Source: Rebecca billardiae RCC1528 (lineage: Eukaryota > Protista > Haptophyta). From it: a DNA stretch of 64,000 bases. Shown in pieces: positions 1-9,205 of this stretch. Location: contig OZ251231.1 of the NCBI GenBank assembly GCA_965240325.2, forward strand, positions 558,001 to 622,000, written 5' to 3'. The notes beneath the pieces are model-generated. The model saw only the letters and a list, made by a program, of their open reading frames with translations. It did not search any database and was not told the DNA's origin. The translations under genes were made by a program, and so were the position numbers. Every line of letters begins with the position of its first letter. Position 1 is the stretch's first letter.

Positions 1-93
1 TCCGGTCCCGCTGATGGGCGCATCAGCCACCCTGCGTTCAGGAATCAGCAAGGGCGTTCCCGGGATCCTGCTCACCACACGCTCCCGATGCCC

Positions 94-823
94 GAAAAGC
101 AAAGCCCCCCCTGCTGGGCCCGCCCGCCCGGGGCATTATGATAGGTAGTCGGGGCTACTAAGTAGTGCTACTTTGGTTTACTTGACTAAGTAGCGCCGAC
201 TACTTAGCTACCTCGGTCGGCTCCCGGGCAAAGTAGTCGCGACTACTTAGCTACCTAGCTTTCCGAGACCAGCTGAGTAGTCGCGCTACTTCACTACGTA
301 GTACTACGTAGTCGACTAGGTAGCTGCCAGCCGTGGGCGTGAGCGAGCACGGGCCACTGCCCACCGATTCGCGCGAATCGCGAGTCGCGACGAGACTCCC
401 GTCATTCACCCGAGCCCGGCCGAGATCATCAGTTCATCAGAGCCCCGATTGGCCCGCCGCCGAGGCACGGGTCACCTTGTCCTTACTCCGCTTTGCGCGC
501 GCGCCGACTGCAGTCGACGCCGCGCCGCCGCTGCACCGAGTGCACGCGGCCGTCGCGCCGGCCCGCGGCAGCCAGCTAGGCACGGCGACTACGTAGGTGT
601 ACGTAGTGGCTACGTAGTCCAACTACTTAGCTACCTCGGTCGGCACCCCGGGCAAAGTAGTCAGCACTACGTAGCTACCTAGTCCTGGAACCGAGTGGAG
701 TAGTGATGGCTACTTACGCAACTACTTAGTAAGTAAAGGTTTACCTACCATGCCCTGCGCCCCCCCCCCCCCCCCGCGGGCGGCGGGCGGGCGGGCGGGG
801 CCTGGGGGGGCTTTGCCTTTTTC
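94..823. mobile_element. MITE/foldback-like non-autonomous element with nested imperfect inverted repeats and ACTAC/GTAGT-rich arms
   Basis: GAAAAGCAAAGCCCCCCC (94-111) is an imperfect inverted repeat of GGGGGGGCTTTGCCTTTTTC (804-823). A ~40-bp direct repeat ACTACTTAGCTACCTCGGTCGGC..CCCGGGCAAAGTAGTC lies at ~199-238 and ~622-662. The palindrome ACTACGTAGTACTACGTAGT is at 293-312. No credible ORF; no TSD resolved. Confidence 0.55.
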
Positions 824-922
824 CGTATTCATCAATGTACCCGTTTCAAATGGACGAAGCCCGTTCCAATAGGAAGACGGTTCAATTTGGCGTATGACCG
901 ATGCGGGGAACGCCCCTGATGG

Positions 923-2263
923 ATGATCGGATGGACCGATCCCGCTGATCGACCGATGGCGCCCACCACCCAACCGAGGGCACCCACCACCCGGTGCGTG
1001 CTGCATGCAATGCATCGCTGGGCTCTCTTCGCCCTCGTGGCGCTCCTCGTTGCACCGCCCTCGTCGCTCGCGACCAACGTGCAGCACGGCAGGGCTGAGC
1101 GGCTGAGGCTGTGCGTGACGGTGCTCATCGAATACGAGGAGCGCACCATGAATCATTGGCTCGCGTACCATCAGCTCGTTGGCGTGCGGGAGGTATGGCT
1201 GTATATCGACGACCGGCCAATGGCTGGCAAGGACCCTCAGCGCATCGAGGAGGAGGCCAAATGGCTGCAGCGACTGGAGCGCACGTGGGGGCCGTTTGTG
1301 CGTGTTCTGTCCTTCACCCGATCACGGCTCGCTACGCAGCCGAGGGCCATGGTCCATTGCCAGTGCGAGGCTTTGCGCTTGCACGACCACCCGAACGCAA
1401 CGTATGGCGGGATCACGTGGGTTGCTTCGATCGACGGCGACGAGTACCTGCACCTCGGGGCGCCGGTGCGCGGGGCACGTGCGCCCACCACCCATGGCGG
1501 CGCGCACCCGGCATGGCGAGTGAGTGAGGTGCTCGCGGCCGTCCCGAGGCACGTGCTCGGCCTCATCATGCCGAGGCGCACATTCGTGGATGTCTATGAC
1601 GCGGACACGGGCAGCCCAGAGCATCCGGTGCAGCCCAGTGCGGCCGAGGTGGGCCAGGACTTCTTTGAGCCCAAGGTGTACACGCGCGCCGTCGCGTACG
1701 GGCCCCGCTGCCCCGGCAAGGCGCTGCTCCGCATCGGCCATGGCATGCTGCGGCAGCTGCGGCTGAATATCCACTTGATCTGGATGGTCGAGCCTTATGA
1801 GGACTGGACCTGCAAGGTGAACTTCCGTCGGGATCTGGAGAACGAGCTGCACTACCCGACGCCACTCACCAGCCTGGAAGCGACGTACATGTGCGGCTAC
1901 TTCCAGCGCACACAGCAGCTGCCAGCAGGCACCGTCGTGAAGCAGGGAAACAAACCGCTCCCTCTCGACTATGCCGCGCTGCAGGTGTACCACTATCGCA
2001 TGCGCTCGCGCGCGGAGTGTGAGCTCAAGACGTTCCATCAGAGCACCGGCGTGGATGTGCAGAAGCCGCGCGGTCGTGGCGGGCCTGGGCACCGCGCCAA
2101 AGAGGGTGCCGGGGTCTGCACCGTGCCGCCAAACCAGACGGTCAACGTGTTTGGCCTGTCAGCTGCAGCAGGTGCGGTGGACACTCGCGCGAGCCAGGCT
2201 CTCGCTGCTGGGGCATCAGGCCGGCCGCGCGCTCATGGCAACGCCAAGCCCGAGTGGGACTGA
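923..2263 (+). CDS. Putative glycosyltransferase, GT92/GT2-like (GT-A fold), secreted or type II membrane; true start may be 956 or 1010
   Basis: Hydrophobic N-terminus (WALFALVALLVA). Motifs WLAYHQLVGVREVWLYIDD, WVASIDGDEYL (DxD) and late K-x-(L/I) and YHY motifs are typical of GT92/Glyco_tranf_2_4 proteins. Intronless. Confidence 0.7.
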   Translation: MIGWTDPADRPMAPTTQPRAPTTRCVLHAMHRWALFALVALLVAPPSSLATNVQHGRAERLRLCVTVLIEYEERTMNHWLAYHQLVGVREVWLYIDDRPMAGKDPQRIEEEAKWLQRLERTWGPFVRVLSFTRSRLATQPRAMVHCQCEALRLHDHPNATYGGITWVASIDGDEYLHLGAPVRGARAPTTHGGAHPAWRVSEVLAAVPRHVLGLIMPRRTFVDVYDADTGSPEHPVQPSAAEVGQDFFEPKVYTRAVAYGPRCPGKALLRIGHGMLRQLRLNIHLIWMVEPYEDWTCKVNFRRDLENELHYPTPLTSLEATYMCGYFQRTQQLPAGTVVKQGNKPLPLDYAALQVYHYRMRSRAECELKTFHQSTGVDVQKPRGRGGPGHRAKEGAGVCTVPPNQTVNVFGLSAAAGAVDTRASQALAAGASGRPRAHGNAKPEWD

Positions 2264-2769
2264 TGATGGCACGCTCCGATGTCAAAAGCGCGCGTGCGCC
2301 GGAGGTGCGCGCGCGTGCCGATGTGAGGGGCGCGCGCGCGTGACTCCGCGTGAGGGCGGCAGGTGCGCTTGGCCCCGGCCCGCGGCCGCCCGCCGGCGGC
2401 CGCCGCGGCCGGGCCCGGGGCCACTAGTACTCGTCTGTCTTGACCGTACTGCTAGCTAAGCAGTAAGGCGCAGTATAGTATTATAACTACTCATCAGATG
2501 CCGCGGGGCGCTGACAGTGTCAGACGTCAGTGACACTGTAATAACAGACCTGTAGTGGCAACCTGCCGGACTACTGTCGTCGAGTGTCGTGTCTCAGTTA
2601 GTCATAATACTCATATGCTGATGTGCCGTGATCGGTCGATCTGATCGGTGATCCGTCCTAAGTGATCCACTGATCGGACACACCGTCACACGGCTCTGAC
2701 TGTGCCAAGCAGGCTAGGCTGCAGAAGCCAGCGGCCCAGAACTAGAAGTAGAACTCGCGGGGCTGCTGA

Positions 2770-4707
2770 TCAGGCGCCCAACGTGCTCCCGATCGAGCGC
2801 AGCCGGCCGCCGACGCTCGCGCTGCTAGCGCGCGCCCCGATCTCGCGCTCCAGCGCGGCGCGCGGCGCTGCGATGGTGCTGCTCGCACCCGCCGCGCGCC
2901 CGAGCAGCTGCTTGCCTGTGCCCTCGAGCAGGTGGCCCAGGCCGTTGGACAGCAGCAGCCGCGAGAGCGCGCGCGCGTACTCCTTCGGGTTCGCGTGGTA
3001 CACGCAGTTGTGCGCGCACAGGGTGACGTGGTCTTCGAGCGGGTGCAGCCTGCGCGCCGGGACGGGCGCGCACACGGCGCGCGGCACGCAGGAGCGGGGG
3101 CGTTTGTGAGAGGCGCGCGCTCGAAGCAGCAAGCAAGCGCGGAGAACGTGGCGCGCCGGCGCGCGGAGGGGCGGCGCGTCGGCCGCACCCACACGCGCAG
3201 AGCGCGGGCAGCCGGTTGGGCAGCTGCTCGACGCGCTCCTTGAGCAGGGCGCGCAGCGCGTCCGAGTACCGCGCCGCCTGCTGCGCGCCCTTCTCCTTGC
3301 GAGACGCTCGCTCGACCTGCGCGCAAGCGAGCAGGCGCCGCGGCGGTGGGCAGTGGGGCGGTGCGGTGCGGTGCGCGGAGTGAGCGCGCGCGGCCGCGAG
3401 CGGCGGCGGTGGGCGGCGCTCGCGCGGGTTCACGCCCGCGCGGTGCGGCCATGCCTTGCTCGAGCGCTCCCGCGCGGCCGCCTGCTGCTGCGCCGAGAGC
3501 GCGCGTGCCTCCACCTGCGTGCACACGCGTGCCGGCGGCGGAGGGCGGCGGGCGGCGGGCGCGGGCGCGGGCGCGGTCACAGGCGGCTCGCACGGCCGCG
3601 CACGGGTGTGGCCAGGCGTCGCGGTGGCCGCATGGCGGCGCGCGACGCGGCTCCGTTCAGCGCGCGCGTGCCCACCTCGCGCGCCTTCGCCGCCTCCGCC
3701 TCGCGCGCGCGCTGCGCCTCCGCCGCCTGCCGGCGCGCCGCGCGCTCTGCCGCCTCATCCGACCTCAGCTGCGCGAGCCGCCGCGCGTTCTCGCGCTCGG
3801 CGGCGAGGTGCTCGCGGCGCATCGCGTCGAAGACGGCGAGCGCCTGCGGCGTGCGCCCCCACTGCGCGACCGGCGTCGCCGTCGCCGCGCGGCTCGACAG
3901 CGCCGACACGCTCGGCGCAAATTGCATGCTGCTGCGCGGGTCGCCCAGAGCGTCTGTGCGCGCGTGCGCGCGCGCACGCGCGCTGCCGGCCGGCGCCGGT
4001 ACGGCCGAGTCGCGGGCGGTGGAGAAGTGCGGCGGCTGGCGCCGGCGGCCGGTGGGGTGCGTGGGCTGCGCGCCCTCTACCTCCCCGGCCGCCTCGTCCC
4101 CACCCTCGGCCGCGCCGTCATGCGCCGCCGCATCGTCCGCGCCGCGCGCGCCGCCGTCCTCGTCACCCGTCCCCGCGTCCGAGCGCTGGCCGTCCTCCTC
4201 GTCGAGGTGGTCGGCGCGTGCGCGTGCGCGGAGCGCGGAGCGAGCGTCGCGCGTCGCGCGCAGCATCTGCTGCGCCTGGGCGAACAGCTTCGTGCGCTCG
4301 TGCGGCGGGGCCGGCGGCGTCGGCTCGGCCGGCGGCGGCGCCGGCGCTTCGGCCGCAGGCCGCGCGTTGAGCAGCGCCTTGGAGATCTCGGCCGAGGCGT
4401 GCGACGCGAGGCGCCGCGCGCGCTCGCGCTCTTCGTCCTGCGCCGTGAGCAGCTGGCTCGTCAGCGCGCGCTGCTCCTGCCGCTTCTGCGTCTCGTGCCG
4501 CCGCAGCCGGCCGAGGAGGTCCGACTGGAAGGCGCGCAGCTGCTCGAGCTTGGCCTGCTCGCGGAGCTCGGGGGGCTCGACGCCGGAGACGTCGGAGGTG
4601 GGCGCGACGCTCTTGTCCACGCGCACGACCGACGCCGAGAGCGGCGCGTTCGGCTCGATCTGGTGGTTCCTCGTCGGGCGCAGCGGCAGCCGGAGCGTGG
4701 GCTGCAT
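2770..4707 (-). CDS. CCDC15-like coiled-coil centriolar protein, 4 predicted exons (4707-3676, 3514-3455, 3316-3189, 3049-2770)
   Basis: Splicing restores RYSDALRALLKERVEQLPNRLPALCACGLHPLEDHVTLCAHNCVYHANPKEYARAL, which matches my recollection of the conserved CCDC15 C-terminus (YxxALR...LPPLCxCG...TCANNCxFYxNxxxYxRAL). Exon phases are consistent. Confidence 0.7.
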
Positions 4708-4842
4708 GGCGCCGCCCCCCACTTGAAAAAGGCCGTTGGCGCACCACAGCCAATAATTCGCCGCCCGCCGGTGACTCGCTCCGGGGATCGTGATCACGAG
4801 TCCGGTTGGAGGTGGCAGGGCGACCGGTGGCGCCTGTGCGCC

Positions 4843-7489
4843 CGGGGAACTTACAGTCAGACGCTCTGAATCGGCCCCCTCGCTCAGAGCGCTCTGAGCG
4901 AGGGGCCGATTCAGAGGGTTTTCCGCCCGCCCCACTGGCGAGCGCGGTGCGGGACGCACATCGCACTGGGGCGGTGCTCAGCACTGCACTCACGGCGCGC
5001 CGCGATGTGTTCGGGCGGTGGACGGGGCTGAATCGGCCGAGAGTGACGGTGCGATGGGCCGTGGTGACTCTGCCATCACCCAGTGATCTCGTGCGGTGCC
5101 AGCTCGCCCTTCGCTTCGTCGCCACTCGCACTCGCACCAGTCGCGTGCGCCCATGGCTTGCCTTTCGCGCGCTGTGTTCCCGCGCAGTGTGTGCTTGGCA
5201 GCAGGGTGCTGGTGGCCGGTGGTTGCCGGCGCGGAGGAACGAAATGTTCGCAGCTACGCTACATCCCAGACGCTATGTGCCCGTCCTCGTCGAGCGATGG
5301 ACAGACACGCGTGTCGCGCATGCGCTCGCGGAAGCAGGCTGCACAGCGGCGCGCGGGCCTGGCTGCACGCGCAGGACAAGCTGCACCACACAGCTGCCCC
5401 CGCCATGAGCCCCAGCTGCGTACGCACACCTCTTCCGTGTTGTCTGATCCGCCAGGCCGACACCGCGCGGAGACTGCGTGAGACACCGACAGTCAGCGGC
5501 CACGGCGCACACCGGTCACTGGCACATGCGGCGGCGCGCAGCAGCTGATGCAGCCGTTGCTTCGATTGATGAAACAGCAACAGCGCCGGTGGCAGTCGCC
5601 CCATCGCTGCCGCTGGCACACCCGCACTTGCTGACATATCGCCAACAGCACTCGCAGCCCTTGCACCTCCGGCAGCTGTGGCTCGACGATCGGCTGAGCG
5701 GCGGCAATCTGAGGACACTGTCGTCCGAGCAGCCGCGCGGGAAGGTGCTTCGGGGGGTCGCTGTCGCGGGAGTCCTGCTCCAAGCAGCTGCTGCAGATGC
5801 TGCGGCTGGGACAGCAACTGTTGTGGCTCGCGTTGGCAGCTTCAACGCAGCCGTACCAGCGTTATGAGGGGAGATGACTTGCTGTGGATTGGGATTTTAT
5901 GCAGCCTCTTTTTACATTCCGCCTTGCAGGGATTTTAAATTTAAAAAATCCAGCTTGAGCAGAGTCCGAGACTTGGCGTTTGCAGAAGCTGTGCAGCAGG
6001 GCTCAACTCGTCACCGCGTACAGCGTCGGCGCTCGGAGCCTTAGGAGGAGTTCGTACCCGCCGGGCGTGGTGGGCGTGTCCCGCCCGGCGCGCAGCTTAG
6101 CGCTGTACGTGGGCGAGACAGCCCCTTCCGCGTCTGGCACTTCGGCGGCGGTGCCGATGGTGGAGGCCGCTCGCCGCGCGCGCCTGACGGCAGCACCTCA
6201 AGCAGCGCTGACCCATGCGCATGCGGACGGGTGCGGCAATGGCGGTGGGTTTCGCAACATGCACAGCGTCAGACGCTCGGCACCAGGTCCGCTCAGCTGC
6301 AGCAATAGCACCATCGGTGCGGCGCCTGGCGCTCAGTGGGCGGCGTGTCGGGCGGATGCAGATGCACTTGCCGTCTGAATCAGGACGCCGGGCATGCGTG
6401 CCGAAGCAGTTCGCCCCAGCGCGCGCACTCGCAGAGTGAGAACGGCCGCCCTGCCGGCCGGAGGCCAATGCACTCGCCTGGCGGCTGCCGGCGCACGGTA
6501 GGCCAGGGCAAACGTAAAGCACCCGAAAGCACCACGGCGGTGGTGACCGAGCTCACTACCACGGGCGGTGGCGCGGCCGATGTCGCGAGCGTGAGCGCAA
6601 GCGTGGCCGTGAGCAATGCGAGCAGCGCGAGGGAGGCGTGGCGCGGTCGCGCCCGCCCTTCCGACGAGGAACGAGGGCTTTCTTGCGCGAGGGGTCCCCA
6701 ACGGCAGGTTGCAGCGATGTCGCGCCATCGCTTAGCGCACCGACTTTGCCAGCCGGTCGACGTGGCCATCGCTTCCGAGAGAAAGCTGTAAGCCAGATTG
6801 CTGCCGCACGCAACCGTGTGCGCTGTGGCCGCTGACTGTTGGTGTCTCACGCACGCAGTCTCCGCACCGTGTCGGCCTGGCGGATCAGACAACACGGAAG
6901 AGGTGTGCGTACGCAGCTGGGGCTCATGGCGGGGGCAGCTGTGTGGTGCAGCTTGTCCTGCGCGTGCAGCCAGGCCCGCGCGCCGCTGTGCAGCCTGCTT
7001 CCGCGAGCGCATGCGCGACACGCGTGTCTGTCCATCGCTCGACGAGGACGGGCACATAGCGTCTGGGATGTAGCGTAGCTGCGAACATTTCGTTCCTCCG
7101 CGCCGGCAACCACCGGCCACCAGCACCCTGCTGCCAAGCACACACTGCGCGGGAACACAGCGCGCGAAAGGCAAGCCATGGGCGCACGCGACTGGTGCGA
7201 GTGCGAGTGGCGACGAAGCGAAGGGCGAGCTGGCACCGCACGAGATCACTGGGTGATGGCAGAGTCACCACGGCCCATCGCACCGTCACTCTCGGCCGAT
7301 TCAGCCCCGTCCACCGCCCGAACACATCGCGGCGCGCCGTGAGTGCAGTGCTGAGCACCGCCCCAGTGCGATGTGCGTCCCGCACCGCGCTCGCCAGTGG
7401 GGCGGGCGGAAAACCCTCTGAATCGGCCCCTCGCTCAGAGCGCTCTGAGCGAGGGGGCCGATTCAGAGCGTCTGACTGTAAGTTCCCCG
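4843..7489. mobile_element. Non-autonomous Mutator-like (MULE/Foldback) DNA transposon, ~670-bp TIRs, 9-bp TSD CTGTGCGCC
   Basis: 4843-~5512 is the reverse complement of ~6815-7489 (ends CGGGGAACTTACAG / CTGTAAGTTCCCCG). Identical 9-mer CTGTGCGCC at 4834-4842 and 7490-7498. Mirrored ORFs in the track (5083+/7249-, 5096+/7236-) confirm the inversion. No transposase recognised inside. Confidence 0.9.
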
Positions 7490-7540
7490 CTGTGCGCCGC
7501 CCGGCCGGGCTCCCAGCGCCTCGCAAGCTCAAACGCGGGC

Positions 7541-8386
7541 ATGGAGACGACCAGTTTTCGCGCGAGGCGGCCACGGGCCGCCCTGTGCGCGGCATGCGCG
7601 GTGGCGGGGGGCGTGACGGCGATTGTCGCGCTCTGCGCGACGCCCGTCACATTACACGCCGCCGCGGTCCTGCTGGAGGACGACACCCGCGGCCTGGACT
7701 CCCTCTTCCGCGCGCAGCTCGCCGAGAGCGCCGAGCGGATGGACGACATGGCTGACGCCATGCGCGAGTTCGTCCAGCGACGCGGGAGCTCGATCGAGCC
7801 CGCGGAGCAGGGTGTGAGCGATATGTTTGCGCGCGCCTTCGAGGCGGCGTGCGGTGGCCGCCGAGCCAAGGTGCGCGCGGTCAAGGCCGCGGGCGCACGC
7901 GAATCGGACGCGACGCTGCGCGAGGTCGCGAGCAGCTACCTCGCCAAGCTGGTCGGCGAGATGGAGAAATACTGCGGCGACGCGATCAGGCTGATCGACA
8001 CGTTCCTCGTCCCCGCGTCCGCTGCCTCGGGCGAGCCCCACCCCTCCGTCTACTGGTACACCCTCAAGGGGAACTACTACCGATACCTCGCAGAGATAGG
8101 CGAGGGCGACGCGGCCGCGCACTCGTCCGAGGCGGCGTACAGGGCAGCGCACCACATCGCCGTCTCGTCGCTCGGCGCGGCGGACCCGCTCCGCCTCGGC
8201 GCGGCGCACAGCTACTTCATCCTCCTCATCGAGGAGGGCGGCCGCCGCGACGAGGCGCTCGGGGTCGCAGGGGGCGCGCTCCGGGCGGCCAAGCAGGCGA
8301 TCGAAGCCAGCGGCCGCGCGCAGCCCGCTGGCAGTCAGCAGCTGCTGCGCGCACTGCGGGATGACATCGAGCGGTGGCAGCGGTGA
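7541..8386 (+). CDS. Divergent 14-3-3 family protein with N-terminal hydrophobic segment
   Basis: Motifs AQLAESAERMDDM, GGRRA, LKGNYYRYLAE, AAYRAA, DPLRLG and LRDDIERW map onto 14-3-3 helices. ATG at 7541 lies just downstream of the MULE TSD. Intronless. Confidence 0.85.
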   Translation: METTSFRARRPRAALCAACAVAGGVTAIVALCATPVTLHAAAVLLEDDTRGLDSLFRAQLAESAERMDDMADAMREFVQRRGSSIEPAEQGVSDMFARAFEAACGGRRAKVRAVKAAGARESDATLREVASSYLAKLVGEMEKYCGDAIRLIDTFLVPASAASGEPHPSVYWYTLKGNYYRYLAEIGEGDAAAHSSEAAYRAAHHIAVSSLGAADPLRLGAAHSYFILLIEEGGRRDEALGVAGGALRAAKQAIEASGRAQPAGSQQLLRALRDDIERWQR

Positions 8387-9205
8387 CAGCCATGCCCGCC
8401 GAGCCATGGGCGCCCTTTCTCATGCAGGCGATGATCGCGGAGTGATCGTGGCTTCGCAGTCTCACGCAGGCTCAGTGGCGGCAGTCTCAGCAGTGCTGAG
8501 TGCGACGGCGGTGCGGCGGCGGCAAAGTTGCACTGGGCGTCACTGGCGCGCTCGGGCTCGGTCACGCCGTCACGGGCGCCGGGGACAGTGGGGTGCCACG
8601 CCCACAGCGAGCGTCGCCCTCGGCGCCGGCGCGGCCGTGAGTGAGCTGGTGAGGCATCGATGCTCACCGCTGCGCGGCCTGCGCGAGTACGACGGTACGG
8701 TTATCGGTTGAGTCGTCGGACGAGCGCGAGCCATCGTAACTCATCACTCACATCAGTTTATTCGATCCGCCATATTCGGACTTTGATCGAGCGCGCAGCC
8801 GCGGGCACCGCCACTGTGACTGTTGGTGCCGGCGATGCTAAATAATAATGACGATCTATCGTACATATGCGCTGCTAGCTGTCCCGGCTCGGTCAATGGC
8901 TGATACTGCTTATCGCGTTGATATGATGGTGTACATGCAGCGCACATGGATGGCGGCGGCACACGCGCGCTGTGAGTGGGACTCGGGCACTCAGCCGGTT
9001 GCCCGCCGCGTTTGAACACGGTTCAGCCCATACTCCACTGGCAATCGCCGGGCGGCCGCGGAACAGTTCACGGCTGCGGTTTGGCTGACCGCTGAGCGGC
9101 TGAGGTCACGGGCCACCGGCAGCCGTTATTCATGGGCGCAGGCAGGGTGCGATGAGGGCGCGTGCGGGCTGTCGCCCCAAGTGCTGCACGAGGAGGCGGG
9201 CCTCT

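Noticed and set aside
140-750. Telomeric repeat array
   Set aside because: The ACTAC/GTAGT words are irregular, occur in both orientations and do not form a TTAGGG-type tandem array.
4806-7755. Duplicated ORFs (4806+, 5083+, 5096+, 7249-, 7236-, 7595-) as genes or a transposase
   Set aside because: They are mirror-image readings of the GC-rich TIRs, with no DDE or other recognisable motif.
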